A DNA stretch of 64,000 nt from contig CAVTHK010000007.1 in assembly GCA_963734495.1 (NCBI GenBank), positions 192,001 through 256,000 of the forward strand. Direction: 5' to 3'. Below the pieces are notes generated by a model that saw nothing but the letters and a program-made list of their open reading frames with translations, did not search any database and was not told the origin of the DNA. This stretch comes from an uncultured Spirochaetota bacterium (GTDB lineage: Bacteria; Spirochaetota; Spirochaetia; SZUA-6; CAVTHK01). Below, in pieces: positions 10,057 to 21,120 of the stretch. The first letter of the stretch is position 1; each line of letters opens with the position of its first letter. Position numbers and translations under genes: made by a program.

Positions 10057-12466
10057 CCGGGTCCCTCACCTTGACCGCGTACGCTTCGAACGTGTCGCCG
10101 AGGCGCCGCACCCTGCTCCAGGCGTCCAGCACGCGAAAGCCTGTCGACCCCGGCTCGAGGCGCTCCGCGCCCCGAAAGCGCTCGGGGTGGTGCCCAGTGA
10201 CGCGAACGCGCACGAGCCGGAATCCGAAGCGCGACGAGAACGCGGCGCGCTCGCCGCGGGTCCCAGATCGTGAAGTGGTCGGCCGGGCTCGCCTCCAGAA
10301 AGCGCGCGAGGCGCCGGCCGCGGCCCGAGACCCCGCGGGCGTTCGGCGTGGAGAACGCGAACACGCCGCCATCGGCCAGGAGCCTGTTCACGCGGCGCAG
10401 GACCGGCTCGAGCGCGGCGAAGTGCTCGATGACGTACCACATCGAGAGCACCTCGTACCCGCCCCGGCGGCCGTCGAAGTCCTCGAAGCGGCCCTCCCAG
10501 CAGGCGACGCCCAGCTTGTCGCGCACGTGCGCCACGGCCTCGGACGCGACCTCCACGCCCTGCGGCTCTGCGCCGCGCCGCTTCGCCGCGTCGAGGAAGG
10601 GCCCGTAGGCGCACCCGACGTCCAGCACGCGCAGCCCGGCAACCGGGCCGACGATCCCCTCGATCGCCGCCACCCTCGCCTGAGACGCGCGCAGGATCGA
10701 CTCGTAGTCCTCGAGGTACGTGCGGCCGTACTGGCGCGCGTAGCGCTCGAAGAAGTAGCCGTGGTCATATTCGACCGGGCCTCCGGCGAGGCGCACCAGG
10801 TAGATGAGGCCGCAGCCGCCGCAGCGGAAGTAGGCGCGGCCGTCGAAGCGCGCCAGCGCCCGGTCCGGAGCGCGGCCTCCCGCGCCGCCGCACGCGGGGC
10901 ACTCCGCGCCCGAAGGCCGCAGCGCTGCGATGGTGTCGGCGAGGCTCGAGCCGCGCGGCCGCGAATGAAACGCCTCGACCTGCACGCCGAGCGCCGCGGG
11001 GTCGGCGAGCGCCCGCACCAGCGCCGCCGGCCGCGCCCTGCGGAGGCCGACCTCGGCGAGGCCCGCGCGGCGGGCGAGCCGCGCATGCAGCCGGCTCGGG
11101 CTCACGAGGATGACGGGCACGCCCGCGGCCAGGGCCTCGAAGCAGGTGAGCCCGAAGGCCGTGATCACGAGGTCGTACTCGTGCAGCCGGTCGCGCAGGC
11201 GGTCGGGGCGCAGCAGCACGGCCACGCCGTCGGGCCAGCGCGTTTCGGCGAAGCGCGGCCCCTGCACGATCGTGATCTCTGCGGGCGGCGAGCAGGCGCC
11301 TCGAGAGCAGCAGGCGCACCAGCGGCCCGGTGATGCCCGCGGGGTCCTCGCCGCCAAAGCTCACCAGCACGCGCTCGAAACGCGCGGGCGGCACGGGCCG
11401 CGCCGGCGCGGCGGCAGCTCCAGACAGCGCCCGATGCCGCCGGTCGCCCCGTCGCGACAGCGGCGTGTCGATCAGGGCGCTCATCCAGCGCCGCGCCGGT
11501 CCGCCTTCGTCGATGCCGACGACCGGCCCCATGGCCGCGAGGCGAAGGTAGGCGGCGCGGCCGGTGCCGGAAGCGGTCGGCCACGACGAGCGCGCCGCCG
11601 TTCACCCGCGAGCCGGCGGCGAAGCGCGGCCAGCCGCCGAGCATCCCGGCGAGCGGCTCGTCAGCGTCGAGACCCGTCACGAAGGCGGCGCGGTCGCCCA
11701 GCCGCTCGGCCAGGTCGAGGCAGCGGCGGACGTGACCTGTGCCGTCGGCCTCCTGCCAGCAGCGGGGCGAGCAGCACGGTCATCCGGTCGTTCTCCCGCA
11801 GCCACTCCACGAGCCGATCTGTCTCGATGGGCCCGCCGTCGTAAAGCGCGGACGAAGATGCGGCGCACCCGGTCGCGGTCCTCGGGTGTGTCGACGGTGA
11901 CGTAGACGCCCGACAGCAGGCAGTCGGGCGGACACGTCGGCTCTTCGACGCGGAAGCGGTCGCGGTGCGCGTAGAGGTACTGCGTGATGTGCTCGCGGTG
12001 CGCGGGCTCGGTGGCCTCTGCGTCGGCCTCGAGCAGGGCCGGCGGTCTCGATCACCTCGACGCCGGTGCCCAGCGGACAGTGCAGGAAGTGCGAGAGGTC
12101 GGCCCGCCGCTCGCCGTGCAGGTCGAGGATCTCGCGCGTCAGCCGCGGCGAAACGAGCGGGGCGTCGCCCGTGGCCCGCACGACGCGGTCGACCTCGAAC
12201 TTCTCCGCGGCCAGCGCGTAGCGGCGCAGCACGTCCTCCGCGGGCCCCACGAAGAGCCCCAACCCCTCGGCTTCGGCCTGCGGGCGCGAGCGCGGCTGCG
12301 CTCGCCTCGTCGGTCAGCAGCGCGTGCGCGGCGGCCGGCACGAGGCTGAGGGCGCGCATCACGTGGCGCGCGATCGGGAGCCCTTCAATTTCGACGAGCG
12401 CCTTGCCAGGCGAGCCGCGTCGAGCCCATGCGGATCTGGACGAAGATGCCCGTACGCGACGCTCAC
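10046..12466 (-). CDS. Probable SpsF-type cytidylyltransferase + SpsG/PseG-like + class I SAM methyltransferase fusion (several frameshifts)
   Basis: Q-x-RMGSTRLPGK, EDVL-x-RY and RATGD-x-P (SpsF); GH-x-RRCL-x-LA, FGGED and TAFGLT-x-FE (SpsG/PseG); Zn-ribbon CPAC/CGGC then LDVGCAYG and VIEH (methyltransferase). The SpsF C-terminus reads in frame into the SpsG part (…VEWLRENDRMTVLL…); it could alternatively be two genes split at 11783. Confidence 0.75.
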
Positions 12467-13429
12467 TCCGGAAGCTCCCAGAGATCGGCCAGGGTGCGCG
12501 CCTCCCTGCGGAAGCGCACGCGGTTCGCCTCCACCCAGCGCGTTCGCCGCCTCGAACTCGCGCCACGAGGCGATCGGGCCGGTGTCGGAGCCGAGCAGGT
12601 AGGCGGCGAACCTGCGCCAGGGCAGCACGCCGCCTTCCGCGGCGCACGCCGACCGCCAGGTTCTTGAGGTAGGTGAGCTTGTAGCCCGCGTCGCGCGTGG
12701 TGTCCTCGGTCGCGAGCTGGCCGTAGTGCGTGAACAGCAGAGGCAGTGCGCAGCACGATGCGCTCGCCCCACAGGAAGCAGCGGAACCCGAAGTCGAGCT
12801 TCTGCCAGTAGGGATTGGCCACCTGCGGGTCGAAGCCGCCGACCCGCAGGAAGCGCTCGCGCGCGTACACGCCGCAGTAGTCATAGGGATAGAGGCACAT
12901 CATGCGGTCGCGGACCTCGGGCAGCGGGATGATCCGCGGCCGCCTGCGGATAAAGACCGGCATGTGGACGGTCGGGACCGCGTCGCCGCGCTCCGTCTGC
13001 ATCCGCGGCACGACGCACACCGCCTGCTCGGCCGCCAGCGACTGCAGCAGCTCCGGCGTGAACGCCTCGACCGCGAAGCGGATGTTGCTCCAGAGCACCA
13101 TCACCAGCGGCGAGCGGGTCTCCTGCATCGCGAGGTTGATCCACTCGCCGATCGGCGCCTCCTGCTTGAGCAGGACGAAGCGCACGTCGGGGAACTGGCG
13201 GCTGCGCGCCTCGATGTCCCAGGCGACGTCGGGCCCGCTCACGTAGACCATCTCGGCCGGCACGCGGTCGCGTACTCGCGCAGGAACTCCTCGCGGTGGA
13301 GGCGGCCTTCCCTGTTGAGCACGACGACGGCGAGAGATCCCGCCGGCCCCGGCCCTCGCCGCGCGCGGCGGGCGCCTCCCTCCGACGACGGTGTAGGCGG
13401 CTGTCAGAAGTTGAAGGTGTAGTACTCAT
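12463..13429 (-). CDS. Glycosyltransferase family 2-like conserved protein (frameshifted)
   Basis: LSVVVLN, GEWIN-x-A, GGFD and LDFGFR motifs resemble the GT-A fold; start overlaps the 3' end of spiro-SPASM. Confidence 0.6.
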
Positions 13430-14916
13430 CGCAGCGCCTTGCAAATCGGGATAGTGCCTCAACGAGGTGCCGCTCGTAAGAGCTCCGCGCCGCGGCCCCA
13501 GACCGCCTCCAGCGGCTCTTTCGAGGATGTTGCCCAGCACGTGGGTGCGCCCGAGCGTCCTCGCGGCACAGCGGGCACCGTGCCGTCGATCAGGACCGCC
13601 ACGTCGCGCTTGAGGTGCCAGCAGGGAAAGCGCTTGCAGCGGCGAGAGATCGGTCACCTTGCGGTCGGGTGAGCCGGCCGGCGAAAGGTCGAGTACTTCT
13701 GGATGATCACGTTCCCGAGCGCGGCCTTCCAGTGACGGTAGAAGGCCTGCGAGGTCCTCTTCGTTCTCCCTGATCCGCACGGCCTGGACGTGGACGTTGC
13801 CGGGGAAAAGCCCCGCGAGCTCCTCGACGGTGCGGTGCGCCTCCTCGAAGCCGTCGCCTCGCAGGGCCGCGTAGACCGACGGGGCTGCGGCGCGTCGAGG
13901 GACACGATCCAGCGCGGCGGCCGGCTCGCGCGCTCCTTCAGGTGGTGCAGCACGGCGGGGTCCCACCCGACTCCCGAGGTCTCGATCAGCAGCTCGATAC
14001 CTTCGCGGCCCGTCGCATCGAGCGGCGAGCTCGAGAAAGCGGCGTGCAGCGACGGCTCGCCCCAGAGCGACACGCTCACGACGGCGTCGCCGCAGTACTC
14101 CTGGATCTGCGAGAGGATCGCAGAGAAGTCGGCGGGCTCCATCTCGCGCGCGCATGCCCGAGCTCGGGGCCGCGCATCGCCGGGTAGGGGCAGTAGGAGC
14201 AGTTCTGCGGGCATCCTTCGACGATCTGGATGTTGAAGAACGGACGGCAGCGTGCGCAGCGCCGCGCCCGATGCGCGGATCAGCGGCGAGCAGTCTGCTC
14301 TCGCCCTCGCGCGCCGCCGCAAGCCGCCTCGAGGCGGCGCAGCAGCAGCGTGTTGCGCGGGTTGTCGGCCGTCAGCGACAGGCGCAGCAGCCGCATGTCG
14401 TCGGGCGAGATGCGGGTCTCGATGTCGAACGCGTTGATGTCCCTGCGGATCGTCTCGAAGAGGCTGTCCCGGCGCACCGGCTCGTCGCTGGCGAGGGCGC
14501 GCATCGCGGGCGAGCGGCCTCGACGCGCAGGATCTCCGGCGCCATGCCGTACGGGTAGCCGTCGGCGAAGCTGTAGTCGGCAAAGTAGCGCACGTGATCG
14601 CGGGCCATCTCCGCGGCGATCCCCGCGTCGAGAAAGGGGCAGTCGCGCGTAGAAGTAGTAGAGGTGCTGCGTGGCCCTGCGCCTGCTCCTCGAGCGTCGA
14701 CGAGCAGGTCGCGCACGCTCCACGCGGGCCTCGACACCAGGCGCGCGCCCGGGGATCGGGTTCTCGCCGCCGTCGGAGAGCACGCAGACCGCGTCCACGT
14801 CGGGCAGGGCGGCGACGAAGCGGCGCACCTTGTCGAGCGTCGACTCGCCGCGGCCCAGGTCCTCACTGGACCTGCGGAGCGAGGGAGATCGCGTTGACGG
14901 CGGCGAGCATGCCCAT
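13404..14916 (-). CDS. Spiro-SPASM radical SAM protein (frameshifted)
   Basis: PFLD...ADYSFADGYPYG-x-APEIL and DINAFDIET; CPQNCSYC radical SAM motif near 14190-14215; SLWGEP; C-terminal CWHLKRD...DG-x-V-x-x-C...LGN...CDEYYTFNF. Confidence 0.85.
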
Positions 14917-15028
14917 CCTCTCCTCCATTATCGACAGGGCGCGCGGCGTCCCGAAACCCGACGGATGAGACTATCCGCAGGCCGCGCACTTGGACAAGGG
15001 TCAGCCTTGCGTGTAGACTCCTCGACCG

Positions 15029-16298
15029 ATGGTGCAAGCTCCTGAACGACGTGCGCGCATTGCGCGGCCTCTCCTTCGACCCCGCCCGCGTGCGGCAGCG
15101 TCGCCGACTGCCTCGCTCAGCCCGTACGACGTGATCTCGCCGAGGAGCAGGCGCGCTACCTCGCGCAGGAATCCCTTCAACATCGTGCACCTGACCCTCG
15201 GCGCGGCGCGGCCCTCGGACGACGACGAGGAGAACGTCTACAGCCGCGCGCGCCGCCGGCCTCGACGACTGGACCGCGAAGGGCGTCCTCGCCCCGGCGC
15301 CGCCGTTCGGTGTGGCTCTACGAGCAGCGCTTCGAGCTGCGACGGGCGGCCGCGCATGACCCGCGGCGTGCTCGCGGTCGTGCGCCTGCACGACTTCGCG
15401 GAGCGCCGCGATCCTGCCGCACGAAAAGGTGATGTCGGGGCCCGTCGAGGACCGCATGCGCCTCACCCTCGCGACGGAGGCGCAGCTCGAGCCGATCTGG
15501 GGCTTCTACCGGCAGCAGCGGGCCGGACCTGGCGCCTCGCTCGCGGTCCGGCGACCCGCAGGTCGAGTGCGACGACGCCGGCGTCCGCCACAGGGTCTGG
15601 CGCCTCTCGCGACCCGCCGCCTGCACGGGAGGTGACGGAGGCCGCGGGCCGCGGCGAGATCTTCATCGCCGACGGGCACCACCGGTACCAGACCATGCTC
15701 AAGGTGCGCGAGGAGATGCGCAGGCGCCATCCCGGGGCGGGACCGGACGCGCCGTGGGAGTTCATCCTGATCTTCCTCGTCAACGCCGACCGCGAGTCGC
15801 TCACGGTCCTGCCCTACCATCGCCTCGGTGAGCGGCAGAAAGGCCGACGGCGCGCTGATGGAGCGGCTCGGCAGGCACTTCGCGATCCGGACGGTCGAGG
15901 ACTGGCGCGGCGGCCTCTGGCTGCCGCCGGCCGCGACGGACAGGCATTCGCGCTCGCGGCCGCCGGCGGCCCGGTCCGGCTGCTCGTGCACCGCGGCGGA
16001 CGGCGAGCAGCTCGACGTGGAGCTGCTCAACGACCTGGTGCTCCGCGACGGGCTCGGCCTCACCGAGGAGGACCTGAGGCGGGGCCGCGGCGTCGAGTAC
16101 ACGCACAGCGCCGAGGCGGCGCTCGCCTCGCGTCGCGGTCAGGCCGGGCGCAGATGGCCTTCCTCATGAACCCGACGCGCCTCGACCAGATCGAGCGCTG
16201 CGCGCGGTCGGGGGGCGCCGATGCCGCGCAAGTCGTCGTTCTTCTATCCCAAACCGCTTTCCGGCGTCGTGGTCTACCCGATGCGAACGGGATCATGA
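15029..16298 (+). CDS. DUF1015 family protein (frameshifted)
   Basis: PYDVIS, NIVHL, PHEK, IADGHHRY, P-x-HR and KSSFFYPK motifs. Confidence 0.8.
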
Positions 16299-17621
16299 GC
16301 GCGCGCAGGCCCGGGCCGGCAGAGCAGGACCCCGATCGCGGCGAGCTCCCGTTCGGCGGCGGCGCGCCCGGCCCGGCCGGCCCTGCCCCGTCCGCGAGGG
16401 CCGCGCGCGGGCCGCGCGTCTACACGGTCTCGGAGATCACGGGCGAGATCCGCAGGAGCCTCGAGAGCGGGTTCCAGGACGTCACGGTCGAAGGCGAGAT
16501 CTCCAACTTCCGGCCGTCGGCGGCCGGTCACCTCTACTTCAGCCTCAAGGACAGCGACGCGCATCATCTCGGCGGTGATGTTCCGCAACCGCCTGTCGAA
16601 CGCTTCGCTTCCAGCCGGCCGACGGGATGAAGGTCCGCGCGCGCGGCAACCTCTCCGTCTACCCCAAGCGCGGCAACTACCAGCTCATCTGCGAGAGCCT
16701 GCTGCTCGCGGGCGAAGGCAACCTGCTGCAGATCATCGAGGAGCGCAAGCGGCGCCTCGCCGCCGAGGGCCTCTTCGACTCGGCGCGCAAGCGGCCGCTG
16801 CCGCTGTTCCCCGCGCCGCGTGGCCGTGGTCACCTCCCCGACCGGGGCCGCCATCCGCGACATCCTCCGCGTGCTCAAGCGGCGCGCCGCGGGCATCGAC
16901 GTGGTCGTGCTGCCCGCGCTCGTCCAGGGGCAGGGCGCGGCCGAGCAGATCGCGGCGCAGATCGAGGTCGCCAACCGCTTCGACATGGCCGACGTGCTGA
17001 TCGTCGGCCGCGGCGGAGGCTCCCTCGAGGACCTGCTGCCCTTCTCCGAGGAGATCGTCGTGCGCGCCGTGGCCGCCTCGCGCATCCCGGTGATCTCCGC
17101 GGTCGGCCACGAGGTCGACACCGCGCTCACCGATCTCGCCGCCGACGTCAGGGCGCCGACCCCGTCGGTAGCGGCGGAAATGGTGTCCGCGTCGCGCGAG
17201 GACCTGGTGCGCAAAGTGCGCGTCGCCTTCGAGACCCTGCGGCGGGACATGCAGCAGCGGCTCGCGAGGGCGCGGATGATCCTGGAACAGTTCGCGCCCG
17301 AGAGCCTGGAGCGCAACTTCAGGCTGCTCGTGCAGCCGCTGATGCAGCGGCTCGACGACGCGCGGGCGGCGCTCGCGCAGGGCGTCCGCGACCGCGCGCG
17401 CGACGCGCGCCACAGGCACGAGCTCGCGACCCACGACCTGATCGCGGCCTCGCCGCTCGCGATCCTCGAGCGCGGCTACGCCGTCGTCACGCGGCCGGAC
17501 ACCGGCGAGGTCGTGCGCGACGCCGAGTCGGTGACCCCGGGCGATGACCTGCGACGTGCGCGTCGCAAAGGGAAGCATCGACGCCGAGGTCAAGGAGGCA
17601 CACCCCGATGCCCAGCTTTGA
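16295..17621 (+). CDS. xseA: Exodeoxyribonuclease VII large subunit (frameshifted)
   Basis: VEGEISNF...GHLYFSLKD, VVTSPTGAAIRD, GRGGGSLEDL, SAVGHEVD, APTPS, LERGY. Confidence 0.93.
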
Positions 17622-17895
17622 AGAGAGGCTCAAGCGGCTCGAGCAGCTCGCCGAGAGCATCCAGGAGGCGGAGCTGCCGCTCGACGAGGCGGTCCGCACC
17701 TTCGAGGAAGGGATGAAGCTCTCCCGAACGCTGGAAAAGGAGCTCTCGCGCATCGAGCGCAAGGTCGAGATCCTGATCAACAACCCGGCGGAGAGCGGCG
17801 AGAAGCCCGCTCTCGATCTGTTCCCGGAGCTCGAAGGCGAAGGACGAGGCCGGCCCGGAGAAATAGGGGTCAGGGGAAGGCTTCCGGCAGCTTGA
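17608..17895 (+). CDS. xseB: Exodeoxyribonuclease VII small subunit
   Basis: SFEERLKRLE...LPLDEAV-x-x-FEEG; follows xseA. Confidence 0.92.
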   Translation: MPSFEERLKRLEQLAESIQEAELPLDEAVRTFEEGMKLSRTLEKELSRIERKVEILINNPAESGEKPALDLFPELEGEGRGRPGEIGVRGRLPAA

Positions 17896-18295
17896 GCGCG
17901 GTCGCCCACGCGGGCTCCGGCGCGGTCAAAGGCGCCCTTGTTGACCTCGAGAGCGTATCGCGCCGAGCGCTGCGAGCTGATGGGCGTGAGATCGAGAGGC
18001 TTCATGTCCTCGATCTGCGAGGATCTCGCCGTCGCTCGACAGGAACGCGATCGACAGGGGGATGAGCGTGTTCTTCATCCAGAAGCTCATCCTGCGGTCC
18101 GCCATGTAGACGAAGATCATGCCCTCGCGCTCGCCGAGGCTGCTTGCGGTTCATCAGGCCGCGGGCCTGCTGCTCCGGGCTGCGGGCCACTTCGACGGAG
18201 AACTCCTCGCCGCCCACCCCGATCGTGCACCCGGTCCAGGCCGGAGCTGCACGAAGCGAGCGCGAGACGCAGGGCAAGCACCAATCGCGAGCCAT
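17870..18295 (-). CDS. DUF192 family protein (frameshifted)
   Basis: VEVA...RGLM-x-R, GMIF, FWMKNT-x-IPLSIAF, YALEVN-x-G. Confidence 0.85.
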
Positions 18296-18297
18296 CT

Positions 18298-18880
18298 TCA
18301 GAACTGCTCCAGGAAGCGCCTGCGCGAGATGTCGTCCAGCGCCTCTTTGGCCACGCCCCGCGTGCGCTGCTCTTCGAACGTCTTGCGGTCGATGTACTTG
18401 ACCGTCAGCGGCCGCTCCAGGGAAGTCCACGGAGGCGAATCGCCACAGGACGCGCGACGGATTGAGCTCGCTGTGGGGGCCGTACTTCTCCGTGAGCCGC
18501 GTGAACAACGAATAGTAGTCGATCTGGCTCTTCGTCGAGCACGAGCGTGATCGTGAACAGCCTCCCGCCGCTGAACTGGAAGTACGCACGGGAGATGTAC
18601 GAGGTGCCGGCGCACTCGATCAGCGTCGCTGCGAGAGCGGGAGGAAGCTCACGTCGGGATCGCCGCGGTAGACGAAGTAGGGATCGTCCTGCAGGGCGCG
18701 CTTGGTCTCTTCGAGCCTCATGCCGAGCCGGATCGCGCGGAACCCGTCGGTGCCTTCGGCTCCTGTCGCGGCGACCGCAGGTGCGGGCGCGGCCGGCGGG
18801 GGCGCCGGCGGCGCCGCGGCTTGCGCGCCGGCGAGGCCGCAGAGCAGAACGAGCGCTTGGGCTGCAAACAGGTGTCTCAC
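18298..18880 (-). CDS. Exported hypothetical protein (frameshifted)
   Basis: Signal peptide, Pro/Ala linker, FRAIRLGM...YRGDPDVSFLP...DYYSLF-x-x-L-x-x-KYG. Confidence 0.65.
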
Positions 18881-18992
18881 GGTCGTCCCGCTCGTATTAT
18901 CGGCACGCCCGCCCCCCGTCAAGACCGCGCGCCGGTCGGGCCGGTCGGCGCCGCGCATGACAGCGCGGAACGGCTGGGCTATGATCGGGGCC

Positions 18993-20647
18993 GTGAGAAA
19001 GATCCGAACGGCGCGTCGCCTCGCGCGGGCGCTGCCGGCCGCAGTCCTGGCGCTGGCGGCCGGCTGCGCGGGCCTGCCGCAGGCCGCGCCCCCTCCGGGG
19101 CCGCGCCGGCCGCTGGAGGAGCGAGCCCGCGCCCCGCATCGACCCGCCCGACCGGCCGGGCAGCAGCGAGGTCCGCTTCGACAGCGAGCCCGAAGGCGCC
19201 GAGCTCCTGATGGACAACCGACTCCGCGGAATCACGCCCCTTCTGCTTCCCTCGCTGGCGCCCGGCACGCTACAAGATCGAGGTGCGCAAGCCTGGCTAC
19301 CGGTCCGTCATCGAATGGGTGGCCCACGCGGGCCCGGGCGCGCGCTACACCCTCGTCCTGCGAGCGGCTCTCGGGACGCCTCACCGTGAGCGTGACGCCG
19401 CCGGCCGCGCGAGTGACGCTCTCGGGCAGCCCGCTCTCTGCCGGCACCTACGAGGTGCCGGCCGGCGACGTACCGCGTGCGGCGTCGCGCCTTTCGGCTA
19501 CGTCGCCGCCGAGGGCACGGTGCGAGGTCGAAGCAGACTCCCCGGCGACGCGTCGAGATCGCGCTCGAGCAAGGCGCCGTTCGCGGCGCGCCTCGTCCGG
19601 GTCTCCCGCCGCGCGCTTCGACCCGCGGACCGGGCGGCAGACGTCGGCCGCGTCGCGTCGACTGCGAGGTGACGGCGCCTGCGACTCGGGAACGCTGCGC
19701 GTGCTCACGGAGGCGCGCGGCCGAGGTCTACGCCGCGGCCCTCGAGGCCGCCCGGACGGGCCCCGCGGCGAGCGTCGCGTGGGACGGCCGTACGCGCCGC
19801 GGGTGCGCCGGTCCCGGACGGCGTCTACAGGCTGCGGCTGGACCTGCGGTCCGCCGACGGCGGGGAGGCGCCGTCTCGAGGCGACGGTCGTGCTCGCCGC
19901 CGCGCCCTCCCCGGGCCGCTCGCGGGACAGTGGAGCGGCGTCTCGGGCCTGCAGCTCGCCCCCACCCCGGACGTCGCCGCCCCGGGGGCAGGCGCCTTCT
20001 TCTTTACGTCCGGCGTCTCATCCTCGAGCCAGGCCCGAGCGCCCCGTCGAGTCGGCCCCCGTCATGCTCGCGCTGCGTCAGGACTTTCGCCGGGCCTCGA
20101 GCTCGACGCGACGTGGGCGCGTTTCTCGTGGACGAGCCTCCCCTGCCCTTCTCCTCGCCGTCGCAGCGCTCAAACGCGCGCTCCCGTCGCCCGCGTCCGG
20201 CCGTCTCGCTCGCGGCGACGGCAGGGCGTCTCTGCAGGACGGCAGCGGGAGCGACCCGTTCACGGCGTTCACGGGCTCGGCCTCGGTCTGCCGTCGCCGG
20301 CTGCGGGCCGCCCGCTGCTGCTGTCCGTCGGCCCGAGGTGTTGCTCTCGCCGTGGCGCGTGACCGGCGACGACACCTACGCGACGATCCCCGCTCAACAT
20401 CTGGGCCTACCTGCGGGCCGGCGTCGCCGCGCGGCTTCCCGACCTCACGGTCGGCGCTCTCGGCCGCCGCGCGCACGGCGCCCTTCGCCGACGGAGCGGC
20501 CTGGCGACGCCGCTCGCCCTCGCTGCCGAGGCGCACTGGTCGCCCGCGCGGCCGGCTCGTCGTCGACTCTGTGGGCGGGCGCGCAGATTCGCCGAGATGC
20601 GGTCGACCGGGCTCCTGCTGGCCGTCGACTTCGGCTATCGCTACTGA
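18993..20647 (+). CDS. PEGA-domain lipoprotein, possibly with a C-terminal barrel (heavily frameshifted)
   Basis: Lipobox LAAGC; fragments FDSEPEGAEL, PG-x-YKIEVRKPGY and GTYEV; ends DFGYRY. Confidence 0.5.
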
Positions 20648-20964
20648 GGCCGCAGCAGAAGGAACAGGAAGACCGAGCAGGACGAGCAGCAGGACCACGC
20701 TGCTCGCGAGGTAGAACCACCTCGGGAGCGGCGGCTTGCGCGGCCTGCGCGGCTTTCGCGGCCGGGCGTCCCCCGCTGCGCCGGACCGTTGGCGGCTCCC
20801 CGATAGCCGCACGAGGGGCAGCCGCTGCCGAACAGGGACGCGTCGCCTTCGAAGCCGCAGACGGGGCACACCACCGCCGTGAAGCGCCTGCCGCAGTGCG
20901 GGCAGGTGTCGTGCTCGAGAGGCACGTGACGTCCGCAGTTGTCGCAGCGGAAGCGCGCTTTCAC
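20641..20964 (-). CDS. Double zinc-ribbon protein with a C-terminal TM segment
   Basis: Four CxxC motifs (CDNC, CPHC, CPVC, CPSC); hydrophobic tail in a shifted frame; TTGACA-17-TAGAGT promoter upstream. Confidence 0.75.
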   Translation of the reverse strand: MKARFRCDNCGRHVPLEHDTCPHCGRRFTAVVCPVCGFEGDASLFGSGCPSCGYRGAANGPAQRGTPGRESRAGRASRRSRGGSTSRAAWSCCSSCSVFLFLLLRPQ

Positions 20965-21120
20965 CGGGCCCAACTCTAGAAGCGCCCGTGCAGGCTGTCA
21001 ACTCCTGTCAACGGCGTCGGGCGCGGCGAGCCGCGGCGAGGCCGGCCGGCGCGTTGGCGCGGATAACCGGCCTCGCGGGGGATTGCCACGATGTCGCCAC
21101 GGCGGGTATAAGGACCGCAC

